A DNA stretch of 64,000 nucleotides from Lytechinus pictus (taxonomy: Eukaryota). The stretch covers positions 15,068,001-15,132,000 of the forward strand of contig NC_087250.1 in the NCBI RefSeq assembly GCF_037042905.1. The letters run 5' to 3'. Within the stretch, counting starts at the first letter, position 1, and each line of letters begins with the position of its first letter. Below the pieces are notes generated by a model. That model searched no databases and had not been told where the DNA came from. It saw only the letters and a program-made list of their open reading frames with translations. Below, in pieces: positions 1 to 22,691 of this stretch. The position numbers and the translations under genes are program-made.

Positions 1-694
1 TAGATCTAGGCCTATTGCCAATGAATAGGGGGTAGAGCAGTAGATCCTACTAGAGATCTAGTAGTAGAAGGCCTAGATCTATTGGTCTTGCACCTTCACA
101 GGCCAGAAGACCGAGAGGTGAGTCTAGGTAGGGGCCTAGTCTAGTCTAGGGCTGGCCTGGGCTAGGGGTTGTCATGGTTGTATAAAATGGCTATAGATTT
201 TAGCTCTATAGCATATAGATCTAGATCTAGGTCTAGACTGGAAAGAAATGCAGAATGAAGCACTTTTCACGAGACAGATAAAGAAAATTACTGTTTTTTT
301 TGGACTCTGGGCCTACCTTTTTTAGATCAGCCGAGGTAGTCTATATGGCTCATCCGGTCGTCCTCTCTGTGGGCTTTCCCTGAATCAATCGCTAGCAAAC
401 ACCAATAAGATGTTGGCGGTAGGAAATAACCTGTAGGTCTACTCTAGCTGATATAATACATGTAGGCCTAGATTCTAGATCTAGATCTTGATTAGATCCG
501 AAGTGCAAAGTAAAGTTATTTGTGACCTGTGGCTTATGTTGAACAAGCTGACAGTCGACTTTGAACCTATCTAAGTTTTTCTGCAAAGCAGATATCTAGA
601 CTCGTCTCAGTTTTAGATGTGTCTAGTTGAATATCCCTCTTTCTAAGATTCTTGTTTCGTTTTTTTTTTACAATCTCACTCAGAGTTGTTCATC

Positions 695-9174
<8,480 letters not shown>

Positions 9175-9773
9175 GTTGCAATTAAATATATGACAATGAA
9201 CTCTTGCATTTATGAATACTCTGAATTGATAATAAATTTCTAAAACATTTTCCCTTATAGTGTTTTTTATATTCAGTGTTTAACAGTATGATATCAAAAA
9301 GAAATACAGGGTATGTTTGTCATAGAATATAAAGTTTGGAAGTTTCTAATTTGCTTGAAATATATTTATACTTCTGACAACAAATTCAATTAACAAGTTA
9401 CCCTATACACAAGTTATTTTGTTCTGCTTTTAATGCAGTTCTATTTTCATATAATTTGCATAGTTTATTGAATTTGCTCCTTGTCTGACCCAGACCTGCT
9501 TAATTGTACTAATGGCACTTTAATACTGTACATGCACATGTGTGCACTCTTTCCATCTTGTTTGTTGTTATTTAAAGAGAAAATACCAACCATTGTATAT
9601 TACAGGTGTACATTCAATACATATTTGTAAATGTCAGGTACATTTCAGTTGAAATTTACAACCTGTTGTAGATTACATGCTCATTGTGAGATGTTAATTT
9701 CACTAGCGTAATGACCTACTCTAATATGCACAGTACTGCATTACTTATTACATTCATTTCAGTTGCTTCATTA

Positions 9774-9938
9774 ATACCTTGGTCACATTTGCTCTACGGC
9801 GGCCGTACGGCGAGTCGAAAACAGCCGTTTTATTAATTTTAATTCATACCACCTATTATGTAGCTGGTACACAAACTGTTAAAACGGCTGTTTTCGACTC
9901 GCCGTACGGCAGCCGTAGAGGAAATGTGACCGATGTAT
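9774..9938. mobile_element. Palindromic MITE with ~60-bp TIRs
   Basis: GGTCACATTTGCTCTACGGCGGCCGTACGGCGAGTCGAAAACAGCCGTTTTA has its near-exact reverse complement at 9880-9931. Confidence 0.85.
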
Positions 9939-12161
9939 AACATGCAATTTATTTCTAATGTGCTGTTTAACAGAAACTAAGAATTTGCTAGCATTTGATT
10001 AGCAAATGTATATTTAAAAAAAAAAGAGAAAAGGTACATGTATTCATGTTTACAACTTGAAACTGTAATTATCTTCAATTCGTTTCAAATGAAGGAGATG
10101 ATTCTTTGTTTTTGAAAGAACAACACTTACTGATTTATGTATATGATCAGATAATGTATTCCAGTGTTACATGTATATTAAAGTTTTTCTTTGACGTGTT
10201 CTAAATTATCGATAGGAAAAGATTTTTTTCCCGAAAATTTGTAAATGTGTTAAAACGTGTTGAAAACTATTTAAAACATGTGTTGGGTAGTGTAGAATTC
10301 AATGCATAATGTAAGTTTATGAGCCTTCTTAAAGGTAAAATGTATATTATATCTAAATAGTGTATTATTTGTACATAGGCCTATGTTAAATTAAGTTTGG
10401 AAAAATGGGAAGAAATAGAGAAATTGCAATAGGAAGAATACAATATATTTATTTGAAGAATTGAAAGCAATATAAATTGCTGGAATATCAATTTTATTCA
10501 GTGGCATTTAAAGTGGATCAAATTTATTAGACAATATGTGCAAACTTTCAAAGATAAAGCTAAAGAAATTAGCAGACAAAATGTGTATGCTATATTATGT
10601 CTATACCAGTGTACCCAAAGCAGAACATTTAATCATAGAGCTTAATTGTTTGATGTTAACCCTACAGGGGGGGGGGGGGTTGAATCAACCCTCCTTGACA
10701 TTTTCCCCGACCATTCTGCTGCGCTGCTCTCTGACTTTGTATTTTAAAGTATTTTGAATCTTTTGAGACCCAATTTATGATGCCTGGGTATGCAGGTGTG
10801 CAGGGGGGGGGGGCGTAACCCTTATGCATTGTTTCCCAGTCATAGATATAATTATGCAAAAGGACCTATACCATACACCAGATAGTGAATAATAAAGTGC
10901 AGATAAATGAAAGAGGTAATGGCAAAATTTCTGATTGTTGGGAGCAGACTATGGAAACTTCATTCAGTATAGAAAAAAAAAAATTGTGAAATGTAGCAAA
11001 TTTATATTGAGTATCATATTAATTTCATTTTATTCAAACTGTTATTAGGATAAGCACTACTATTTACTATAGAATCATTGTCTTACACTTGATTCGATTG
11101 AAATATATTTAAATTTAAGACAGTTAAAAATGTAAGAGAATGGCGTAGATAAAGTTTACAGGTGTGAAAAAAGGGCCTTAGGCCCTACTAAAAAGTTTGT
11201 TTAAGTGTAAATGTATCTCTTATTTCCGAAATATTTCAGGCATTTTAGTTATGCTATCTTATAATAATATAATAAATTTATATAGCACTGCCATTATATA
11301 ATTATACTTTACTGCGCTTTGGTTACCCATGTTGCTTATTTATTTATTTCAAATATTTATTTATGCTACACACTAAAGATAAATCCATACTTCAATGCAT
11401 TCACATTGGGGTATGTTGACAGGAAGAAAACTTATCAATGAATGATTAGCTTAATCAAGAACTGAAGTTTAAAAGTGTAAATAAGTGGGATTTGTAATTT
11501 TTTTTATTTATCTGTTATTTACCATGTGTAGCACTATGCCTTCATTGTGCTTAGCGCCACCAAGTGTTGACTTCTATAAAGTTGGAGTTACTATGAGGTT
11601 CTTTTGTAAATGTGTTTAGTAAGGTTAGTGTTAAATGTTAATTTTATCTAATATATATATATACCGGTATATATACTCCAAAATTACACTGTAGTGTTCA
11701 GCGTTATTGAAATTACAATATGGAGTTATTTTGAGTTAAATGTTGTTTTTAAAAAATATTTAAAAATAGAATTGTGTATGCAGTGAATTCACATTTAGTA
11801 ATAATGGGATTGCCATTGTTTTGTCAAAAATTGCCTTTTATTCATAAAAAGTTCCTAAATTTAATTAAAAATGAATTTTGTTCATTTGTTAAAAAATAAT
11901 CACATTCACATTTGATTGAGTTTGAATATTTATGCGTTACATTTTTTTTTTTGAAAAAAAAGTTGATGTTCCACGTGGCTCGTTTACAGTATTTGTCATT
12001 TCTAGCTTTTTTTACAAGATTGTTGGCGACTACTTGCTGGAAATACGTCCAAAACCATTAAATGCTTTTAACAAGAGTTAATACCCATTATACTGTATGA
12101 TTCAGTTGTACAGCATCGAGGGGGGGGGGGGGTAGACTTGCGGAGGAACTGCGAGGAGATG

Positions 12162-12403
12162 CACTGCAAAAACTCCGGTGTTGATTTAACACCAGCCTGG
12201 AAACTATATATGTCCACACCAGAGAGGTATTGAAACAAAACCAGTTTGAAATCAAACGGATGTTGTTTTAATACTAATTGGTGTTGTATAAACACCCATC
12301 TGGTGTTAGACCAATACCAAACCGGTGTTGTTTAACACTTCTCTGGTGTGGACATATATAGATTCCGGGCTGGTGTTAAATCAACACCAGAGTTTTTGCA
12401 GTG
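12162..12403. mobile_element. CACTA/CMC-like MITE
   Basis: CACTGCAAAAACT..AGTTTTTGCAGTG termini, ~90-bp TIRs, TG on both flanks (2-bp TSD). Confidence 0.8.
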
Positions 12404-13024
12404 TGAATATTTGGGAATGGAGAGAGGGGAAGAGGCGAGAGAGAGATGGAAAGAGAGAGAGAGAGAGAGAGAAGGGGGGGTAAGCATACCCGCCAACCGG
12501 TAAGATTTAATCAGCTATAGTAAGATTTGTATCCGTTCAAAATAGGGAAGAAAATACATCTTGAGCAAAAGTAAGATGTATTCATGGATTCGTCGTCTTC
12601 CTTTCCTTTTGAATGAATTGACATTGGGCTGTCATTAAAAGTTAACAAGACATCAAGACAGTATGCAAATGCACTTCAGTAGCCCAATGAACCAAAGATT
12701 GAGGAGGCCAGACAAGGTGTATAGGGAAAGACTTATAACAAGCTGGAAGAAAGAGAGAGCGCGCGAGCAAAATTTGTGATTTTAAAAGATATTAAATTTT
12801 GTTCTACATTTTGACAAAATCCACCGTGTTCCGATTCATTTTCCTTCTCTTTCTCCTTTTTTTTCTTGGACATGGATGTTTATTTGGGGGGGGGGGGGGT
12901 GGTCTTTCATGGCCCCAGACCCCATCTATACGACAATGATGCACCAACTATAGTTTGCAAGTTCATTCTTGGAGTGTTTAATGATAATTAGCGCGGGTTT
13001 TTGTTTAATTTAGAAAATAGATCA

Positions 13025-13316
13025 TAATAATTGGCATTTATATAGCGCTTTATCAATCTACGACTGTTCAAAGCGCTTCACAATTATTATTACCCGGTCA
13101 CTGGATTCATAGCATTCCAAGCAGCCTGTTAGGCGCAAACTTGCTAAACCAACCACAATGACGGTTGTTTCCTACCGGTACCCAATTAGCACCTGGGTGA
13201 GAGTGGCAAAGTGTGGATTGACGCCTTGCCAAAGGGCGCTAGGCCATGGTGGGATTCGAACACACGACCCTCTGATTACAAGGCGGGAGTCAGAACCGCT
13301 ACACCACGGCGCTTCC
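13025..13316 (-). mobile_element. tRNA-derived SINE
   Basis: The minus strand shows A box (GTGGTGTAGCGG) and B box (GTTCGAATCCC), followed by a LINE-like AAGCGCT..ATAAAT..(TTA)n tail. Confidence 0.75.
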
Positions 13317-14739
13317 ACACATAATGGTGTCATGGTGATGACATTCAATAATTCTGGGCTTTATTTCATTTACGCTGTAAGGTTAGGGCTAGGGTTGCGA
13401 CATGGTTTCATGCTAGGTTTAGGGTAGGGTATATAGGCCTACAGTCACGTCACTGGCGTACAGATATGGACCTTGCCCCCCCCCCAAAAAAAAAAAATTG
13501 TTCAAGACTACGAAAAAAAGGAGAAAAGGGAAGGGATAAGGGTAAAATATATATATATAATTTTCTGAATATTATATTAAAATCTTTCACAAACTTGGAT
13601 TTTTGTAATTAAAATTTCAAAAAATTTTACTCTTTCACAACTTTTTTTTTTAAATTAATTTTACGCGATACGCCATATCGAGCCCCCTCAAAATTTTTGG
13701 CTCATTATGCTACTGTATACAGTTAAAAATCGGGGATTGAAGTTAGTCATTCGATTAGTGCGTGGAATTTATATCGGAGCAATCGTTGCCGGATCAAATG
13801 TCAGGACCCACTTACGTTCTTATTTATATGCAATTCTAAATGAAAAAAAAAAGAAAGATCTGTTATATATGGATTTGAAATGAGCCTAATTTCTGACAGG
13901 GCTGAAACATCATTAAAAAAAAATCTTACTTAATTATGGAAGATATGAAAATAGTCATGCATGAATGACACACGAGGCCGCAGTCAATTTCAGGCTTAAC
14001 CGCTCACGATGGCGGTCTCCTGCGTTCATAGTATTATCATTAGTATAATAATTAATAAGTTAAGATTATGCTCACATCATTATTTTGTATATAAGGTTCA
14101 TAAGGTTCATAAGGTAGTATTTATTGTCCAGATAAATAAATAAGTGGAAATTTGCATTTTTACATGGTATTGAACATACATAACATAGCATAGAAAATGA
14201 ACATATTTACAGAAAATCAAACAATCGCATATAGTCAATTATGATATACACGTGCAAATGCTACCCACTGGGTAGCATTTGAAAAAAATACTGTTATTGA
14301 CATTAAATTTAAGATTGAAATGGAAATCTGAACTGAAAGTTAGATATCGGATATTGAATTGAAATTACATTAGAATTGTAATAAATCAGTACTTTAAATC
14401 TTCACAGCATTGTCCACTTGTAATTGTTATTGTTATCAGTATTTACATATTATTTTTATTTTCAATATTGTTGTTTGAAAGAATTAACATCAACTACCCG
14501 ACAAGGTAAATTTACATTATTAGGCATATCATTATTCTTATACAATCCCTTCCTCATTCAGCATTCGGATTGAGCTTGGCACGATATTCATTATGTATCA
14601 TGACTATATTGTTTATTTTATGGATTATTTTGTAAGTTGCGTACAATCATGTCACATTGATAGTGTATTATTAGAATGCAGGAAGAAAAAAAATAATACG
14701 AAGCCAGGTGACGTTTTCATTAATTAAAAGAAGCACCTA

Positions 14740-15326
14740 AGGTTGATACACGGTCCGGGCTGAAAGTATTTATAGTTGAATAGATAGAGTAGAATTCATT
14801 AAGCAAAATGCTGAAAATTTCATCAAAATCTGATAACAAATAACAAAGCTATTGATATTTAAAGTTTAACCATATCTTGTGAAAACAGTCGTCATGAATA
14901 TTCATTAGGGTGGCTGATGATGTCACATCCCCACTTGTTCTTTTGTATTTTATTATATAAATTAGGTTTATTCAAATTTTTTCCTCAAAGAACTAGAAAA
15001 ATTGGATTGACAACTGATTAAGTGCATTAGATATTTATTGCTGCAACTTATTTCATTATAAGGGAGACATATTATTCACACAAGTATGAAATAATGAAAA
15101 AATTATGATTCTATGTAATAACATAAGAAAAGGGAAAGTGGGGATGTGACATCATCAGCCCACCTAATGAATATTCATGACGACTGTTTTCACAAAATAT
15201 TGCTAAACTTTAAACTTCAATAACTTTATTATTTGTTATCCGATTTTGATGAAATTTTCGGCATTTTGCTCAGTGAATTCTACTCTATGTATTAAGATAT
15301 AAATATTTTCAGCCCGGACCATCCCT
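14740..15326. mobile_element. Kolobok-like non-autonomous element with long TIRs
   Basis: GGTCCGGGCTGAAA..TTTCAGCCCGGACCATCCCT|TTAA; ~200-bp inverted arms; left end degraded; related to 19468-19960. Confidence 0.7.
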
Positions 15327-16212
15327 TTAATAAATCCAGGAAACGGGAGCACATCGAGGAAAACAGGGGCAGCCTAAAATAAAGTGGGAAAGGTGGACTA
15401 GATGGGGAGAAAGAAGGAATAGGAGTTCAAAAAGAAGAGGTCTGAACTATGTTATTATCCCTAAAATTCATTTGAGAAAAATAATGGTCACCATATTATA
15501 ATTTTATAGTCGATCTTTTTTTTTTTTTCAAGCTTTTTTTTATTTCCCTCCGATAGGGCATATATTTGCATAAACATTTTAACAATGATGTAAATGACAT
15601 AACATATCATACACACATAGCATAATTTTGTACAAAGTATAGGCCTACAGGGCGTTTCAAGCAAAAGGCAACCGATACTAGAGTGGCCATGTCCTACACC
15701 CATCCGTTCCGCCGCCGACACTTGCAGCAGCAAATAACAAATGAGCACCGAACAAGGCCACTCCAACAATAATTGATCACCTCTCACCCGAAACACACTG
15801 CACATTCATCATGAAAATATGTTTACATTAAACAGAAATACATATAAAGGTCCGAAAATCTTATTACAAAATGACAAGAATTCTTTCGAAATTTACCAAT
15901 TTTTTATCAAATTTATGTGTTTTGTTTTCCATAATACTGATTTGCCTCTCATTTTTGTAACATTTTCTTATATATTGTTTAATTTTCTCAAAATTAGGTA
16001 TGGTCTTTTCCACACGAGCAGAGTATACTTGTTGTTTCGTCCAAATAATTAAACAATTTAAAGCATCGTTTCTTTTTTCTGTGAAACCAAACAAAACATG
16101 TACAGCAGAAAGATTTATTCTAAAGCTTGTTAAACTGTATAACCAGTCTGTAAAATGTATAACCAGTCTGTAAATCGATCTTGACGCCGCACCGGAATAT
16201 TTGACACACCAA

Positions 16213-16534
16213 GGGGTCGTTTCATAAAGCTGTTCGTAAAGTTACGCACAACTTTACACGCACGACTGGAACGTGATCTTAGACTTAGGTCCTAGCTCAA
16301 TTACATAGGGATATCACTTGGCATGAGAAAGGATTATCAGTCGTGCGTTAAGTCAGCCTTCTTTCATAAAGCTGTTCATAAGTTAAGTGTGACTTTAAGA
16401 ACGACTGGTGATACTTTCTTGTGGTAATTGATATTCACCATTAAAGTTCATTAGTGATTAAATGCGTAAGAAAAAAAAATCACCAGTCGTTCTTAAAGTC
16501 GCTCTTAACTTACGAACAGCTTTATAAAACACCC
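16213..16534. mobile_element. PIF/Harbinger-like MITE (possibly composite)
   Basis: GGGTCGTTTCATAAAGCTGTTCGTAA..TTACGAACAGCTTTATAAAACACCC inverted termini. Confidence 0.65.
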
Positions 16535-17534
16535 GCCTATGGCCCGGCCATATTGCACAAAAAAGTTGCATTTAAATGCAACTAAAGAAAGTCAATCGCG
16601 AGACCACAATACGTGTATTTCATTGTATGAAAATCAAGTCGTCTTTGTTGATTTTGCGTTTGATCCAAGCAAATTATGCAATGGCCCCCAGTAGTCGAGT
16701 TCCTTTTTTTCGTTCTTTGGGCCTGATGTTGCCATCATAAAATGATGAAAGGTGGCCCATGACTGCCACGTAATAAACCATGATTAAATTAAAAGTACAA
16801 GGTTTAACATCAAGCTAATCGTGTATAAACACTATTTTTTAATCTGTCCATATTGGGAGCTAAAGGGAATGTGTTGGCGTAAAGTCAATTTCGCAGCCAA
16901 GTTGTCCTTGATATATATGAAGATTGAAGATTTTGTTTGATTTTGGGACAGTTACTCGTGGGCAGCTGCAGTAGAGCGCGTCAAACGGACATTTGGGGCC
17001 AAGGGGTCTAACAGATCGATAATTTGAAAGGTAGGTTTGACCTCAGTCACCTTAAGCAATCTTTTTTCAAATTGAATTGAAGTTACTGTATTTACGTAAT
17101 CTGTAAATCTTTAAATGGATAGTTTAGTTGCTGATTTTCACTGACTTATTTGCTGTCAGCCAATCCGATGTAAGAATTTACAGCAACACGTCTAGTGTCA
17201 CAAATGCGGCCAATTTGAAGTCTCCATGGGTATAGTGATTACCAATTTATACACCTTTTAAGAATTCATGACTTTATTGTTTGTCCGATATTGTCCAAAC
17301 TTTCACCCATCAACTTGTTTGATTTTTTTTTATTTTTCCTCTAAAAACAAGTTTTTACTTGGGCTGGATTCCCCTCTAAGAGAGTCAAGCGCAAATCCAT
17401 AATACGTGTATTTTATTGGATTAAAATCAAGTCGTGTCATAAAAATTCGTAACTTTATTGTTTGTCGAGTTCCCGGCAAGTCACTCATGACAGACTCTTA
17501 ATAAAACGTTCCCCAAGTATTTATGGTAGGCCTA

Positions 17535-17978
17535 TAAGCCAGTTCACAATTAGCTCATGATCAACTTTTCTCAAATGACCTTTGTGATTTTTCATTAGGA
17601 TCGATAAGCACTATCATTTTCAAATGTAGATGTTGCGTAAGCTTTACCGGTAGAGTATTCAAATTCTAAGAACAAAAGAGCATTGTATAGACCAAGTGAC
17701 TAGAATAGTACATCAGGGATAAAGTTTGGAAATCTGTTTTATTGTCTGCCTTTGGCACATTTGACTATTGTTTAGGCTACTGTCAAATACCAGTGATTAT
17801 GAAAGCTCTATTTATTACTCTTCAGCTTGGATGTCATAAAATGAATATTTTGAAAGGAATACATGAATAATTATCAAATCACAAATGCCTATGTCAGTGA
17901 ATTTGAAAGCCACCTTCATGGTTTATCTTAAATGACCTTTTTCTACTCGTGCGCAGTTTACAACCGTGAACAGGCTTA
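17535..17978. mobile_element. MITE, second copy inverted at 49641-50074
   Basis: TAAGCCAGTTCAC..GTGAACAGGCTTA TIRs; ~440 bp of high similarity to the reverse complement of 49641-50074. Confidence 0.8.
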
Positions 17979-19068
17979 TTGCATCAGCGTAAAGAAAGGG
18001 TAGGCCTAAGGTCAATCGTTTCTTTATCGGTTGTATTTTAAAGAAAATGACGGAATATGTTATTTACAAAATAAAGGCTGACGTGGAATACTAGAAAATA
18101 TTTCTCGCAAACATGTCTCTTAATATGCATTATGTATCTCATGACTTGTGTAGCAAAGAGTATCCCGTCTTAATTATGGCCAAGGAGGTTAAATATGAGA
18201 TGAAGTAACAGCAAACAAAATCCCTTTGAACAAGCTTCAAAGCCGCCAGCATAAAGTATGTCAGTCATGCACTTTGCTCAACATCTCTTGCAAATGTGTA
18301 GACAAAAGATTCCCGTATGACTCCGTAGCTTTAAAGGGGAATATGCTATTGTGATGATAATTACTTTTTCGCCGCGTCTTGGTCTGGTTATGTGTAGTAC
18401 ATAATTCGGAGACAAGTGAAAATTAATTATGCTATATGCCCTGAAAAATGACTAAAATTTACTCGATTGGGCATGTGCGGGCACTCATCGGACATATACA
18501 ATAATGAATAACAATATTCTACCGATCACATATTAATTTTTTATTCGCCGCAAACGATCGGGAAAGTGTAAAAATCTGGTTTCAGTAAAGGTCAAATTCT
18601 TACTTTTTCACTAATTAAAAGTTAATTGATATAATATAGCCAAATTTCTTGGGTATAGATGTCTTGTCATGCCTTCAAATTTCAGTTTGTTTATTAATAC
18701 AAAAGATGGAATATTGATACAAATGGATATTCGCAAAAATTCACTTCTCGGATTTCCCCCATGAAACTATATATAGCTGCGTCGAGGGCGGTCATCAAAA
18801 AGGTACTTACTGCCGTCCTACTTTCTTTTGTGCTTCTTTAAAAATGAACAGCTGCTTGAACAAATTTGTTGCCCATTGGAACTGTCATATAAACTTCTTG
18901 GTTATATACATGCATAGCTCGACATGTCACCATTCTATACAAGCTTCAGTAAGATATGAAAGGTCATAACACTACATATCACTGTAATAAATGTGTGGAC
19001 GTCGAAAACTTTGAAAATGTTCAGTGTATACCAGCCATCCAAGCAAACAGGGAAGACAGTGCAGGGGG

Positions 19069-20536
19069 CAGTGGCGTATCTGACGGGGGGGGGGGGGGGG
19101 GGCGTACCGGGCGTCACTTTCAGAGGGCGCAAAAAGGGGGAGAGGGGCGCAAATACAGAAAACTAGTAGGAAAAAAATGGCAAAGGAATAAAGGCACATA
19201 AATGGAATAATACTGAAGGTGATTGATACACCCGTACTGTGCTATTACCATGGTAGTGCAATTTCCAAAACATTTAGAAAATTAATCTCGCATGTTTTTA
19301 CCAAGGGATGAATATTCGTGCTAAGTTTTGATTGGTGGTATATCTAATTTTCTCTTCAAGAATTCCAACAAAAACTCCTTGTAAAAGATTCCCTTTTCAA
19401 ACGCAAATGTCATAATTTTTCATCTCTAGCTGCGGGTTTGCATTTTGATACCGTTACTCTTCATTAAAGGGATGCTCCGGGCTGAGAATAATTTTATCTA
19501 AATAAATAGAGTTAAATTCACAGCTGAAAATTTCATCAAAATCGGATAACAAACAACGAAAATATTGCATTCTAAAGTTTTTTAGCAATGTTTTGTGAAT
19601 ACATATTACATGAAATCACAATTGTTTCATGTTTTCACACATGTGTATTGATGTGTCTCCATTATGATGAAATAAGTTCCAGCAATAAATGCACTTAATC
19701 AGTTGTCGATCCGATTGTTTTAGTTTTTAGTAGAAAATTTTTGAATAAAGCTTATTTCATATAATAAAATACAAGAGAGCAAGTGGGGATATGACATCAT
19801 CAGCCCACTTAATGAATATTCATGAAGACATGTCTAAAACTGTTTCACCGGAATAATGTAAATCTTTAAAATTCAATAACTTCGGTATTTCTTATCCGAT
19901 TTTGATCAAATTTTCATCATTTTGCTCTGTGATTTTTAATCTTCAGCTTGGAGCTTCCCTTTAATTCTTACAAACAGTTCTGAAATGTATTTTTTTCTGG
20001 TTTAATTGTCAAACCTTTGATTTGGAGATAAAAATCCGTTTCATTAATTTTACAAACAATCATTACGACAAATTTTTAGGTTTATAAGAAAATAAAATAA
20101 GCTCGCGCTTCGCGCTCGCATTACGCCGATGAGATACGTATCTTTTTCATGAATTTCTACAAATAGTCCTTAAAATATAAATTTCAGTTTACCCATCCTA
20201 CTTGTATTGATTGTTTAGATAGAAACGCAACGTGAGATTACTTTTCTCTAAAATGTCCCGACTGCAAGTCTCAATATCAATAATTGTCAGCTCGCGCTTC
20301 GCGCATGGATTACATAAGTACAAAAAGTGTTTAGAATATTAATTTTCAAGATCTCAATATAAAACAAAAATGGCTCACGCTTTGCCCTCGGTCGCTGTTT
20401 TTCCTAGATACCCCATTGCAAGGAGGCAAGGTGGGGTGGGGTAAACTTACTCCACCTTTTTAATAAACGTGTACAAAAACATGAAACCCCCCCCCCCCAT
20501 CTGATTGCGTTGTTGCATGGTCGTTCCGCGGCCCAT
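19069..20536. mobile_element. hAT-like non-autonomous element with GCTCGCGCTTCGCGCTCGC motifs
   Basis: CAGTGGCGTA plus poly-G left end; motif copies at 20101, 20290 and 20372; right boundary approximate. Confidence 0.5.
19468..19960. mobile_element. Kolobok-like MITE nested in the 19069 element
   Basis: TTAA|AGGGATGCTCCGGGCTGA..TCAGCTTGGAGCTTCCCT|TTAA. Confidence 0.75.
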
Positions 20537-20663
20537 ACCGAATAATGAAAAAGGGAGGAAATTCAATTCAATTCAATTATTTGTATTTTCCACTTTCAAT
20601 CTTCCACATTCATAATCATTATACAGTAGGCATAGTAGTGTATAATCACACCTGACGTATATA

Positions 20664-21632
20664 CAGTGCGTATCAAAAAAAAGTTTACACTTTGAAAAAA
20701 TCCTGTAAAATTATACATTTGTAATATCATGAAGATTTTTCCACATTTCAACATTGGTACAGATCCATTAAGCAAATGACGATATAACTGTCGAAAAATA
20801 TTTCCGCTTGAGTGAGTACCACTTACTTTTGTAAATTTAGTGAAAAATGATTTGCGCAGAACTTTGAAATAGTTATGCAAATAAAAGTAGACCTTAATCA
20901 TGAAGAAATTAAACGTGGAATTTAGCTAGTAAAATTTATTTGAAGATATCTTTTATACCTTTTTAAACTTGTTTCCTTGCCCAAAACACTTCAAAGAGTG
21001 CATTGCGCCCCACCCCACTCCCCAACACACCGAGGCCTTCGAGACGATATTTGCTTTACACTGAGCTTTGATTTACATGAAATGGCTTAGGCTTGATTTT
21101 GATTTTGTTAATCATTGTCAAGCTTGGGAAAAGTGTGGAGAAACAAGTATTAAATGAAAAATGAAATGTAAACCCACTTTAAATAATAAAAACTCAGTGA
21201 AAAAATGCTGGAGATGTCTTATATAAACTTTTGTTCAGGTTCAATTATGTCCTCAGATCCAGCTGGCACAAAAAGAGTTAAGGTTGTGCGTACTAAATGT
21301 TGAAATTTCAATTTTGGTGGCAAAATTGTTACAAAATGCTTGAATGTATCCGTTTTATTTCAATTGACTAAAAGAGCAAGGGAAATGTATGAGAAATGTT
21401 TCGCAGGGTAAGTTTCATTTCGCCCTTTCCCCTTGACACAGCGTGAAAACGAGCATTTCTGCGCTAACTATGGACAGTGCTCACTCAAGTGTAACATTCT
21501 GTCAAAACTTTTACTTTCATTGGATAGATGAGACCCAAACCCAAGATTATATGTGAAAAATAACCCACATGTTGTATATTTTTGAATTCCCAGGGCTTTT
21601 TCAAAGTGTAAACTTTTTTTTGATACGCACTG
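20664..21632. mobile_element. Tc1/mariner non-autonomous element
   Basis: TA|CAGTGCGTATCAAAAAAAAGTTTACACTTTGAAAAA..exact reverse complement..CACTG|TA. Confidence 0.85.
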
Positions 21633-21959
21633 TATATTAACGATTAACGTAACAATGAGAGGGAAAACTCGAGAGCGTAGTTGGCTCGGTCGGTAAAGCG
21701 TCTGCCTGTCGAACCAAAGATCGTGGGTCATGAAAAATATGCACCTTTATCATATTGCCTGTCTTAAAATACCCCGGAGCCGGCTCTGCATGCATTTAGT
21801 TATAGTGTTTATGATTTAATGCATGATTTTTCTTGTCAGCACTTAGAAAAATGCTAGTTGATGGGTTTAAAATATAGTACAGTTACTTTATGACAATAAC
21901 TGTATAATTTCTTCTAAATGGCGTGTTCAAAGAGGGTATTTCGAAATCTCCCTCATATC

Positions 21960-22691
21960 ATGGACCTATGAAAGCTGGACATTCATCGGTTAGTTAATGA
22001 ATTCACTAACATCTGACTGTCATTGTCATGTGAATAACATTCTCTTCATATTTATCTCCTGTGATACCATCATGGTCGCCGTCAATTAAACCATGAGTTA
22101 CAGAAGCTTTCGGTGATTAGACATTTAACATTAGACAAATTGTATGCGCAGAAGATAATAAATTACCTGAATTCTCGGAAATTAATGTGCAGTTCTGGTT
22201 TACAAATGGTTATCTTAGTTCCATGGTTTTTATTTGGAAAAATGTATGAATATTTCAAGATAGAGGCTGAAATGAAATTGATTGATTGTAATTTATAATC
22301 ACATTTTAAAGATTTCCTCATAATAGTCCAGAGAAACATGATGGGTTTCTTGTAGGGGTCGTCCCCCTCTCGTTGTTAGAAAAGTCATTATGAGTGTGCA
22401 GAAGCGTGCAAATCGATAATAATAAATTTGATATCACAAAAATCGTCTGCTTCTCAATTTGCTGTTCCAAATCTGAAACATCTTAATTGAAAGGTATAAT
22501 CTGCTACAAGACATCAGCCAACAAACGGCAAAAAGAGCAAAACATTCCTTTGTGAAGATCAGATTCGCCTTGGTAGTCGCTATTGTCAAAGCACCTGTAT
22601 GTTATCATTAATATGCACATAATCAGGAGACGGCGACTATGATTGCATCAAAAGAATGCTCGCGTTAATCGTCCATTTCTTATAGGTCCAT
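21960..22691. mobile_element. MITE-like element
   Basis: ATGGACCTATGAAAGCTGGAC..GTCCATTTCTTATAGGTCCAT imperfect TIRs plus inverted subterminal blocks. Confidence 0.55.

Noticed and set aside
181..187. TATAAAA as the PRDM9 TATA box
   Set aside because: It lies downstream of a likely 5' UTR donor (GTGAGT at 118), so it is probably intronic; the TSS cannot be placed from this window.
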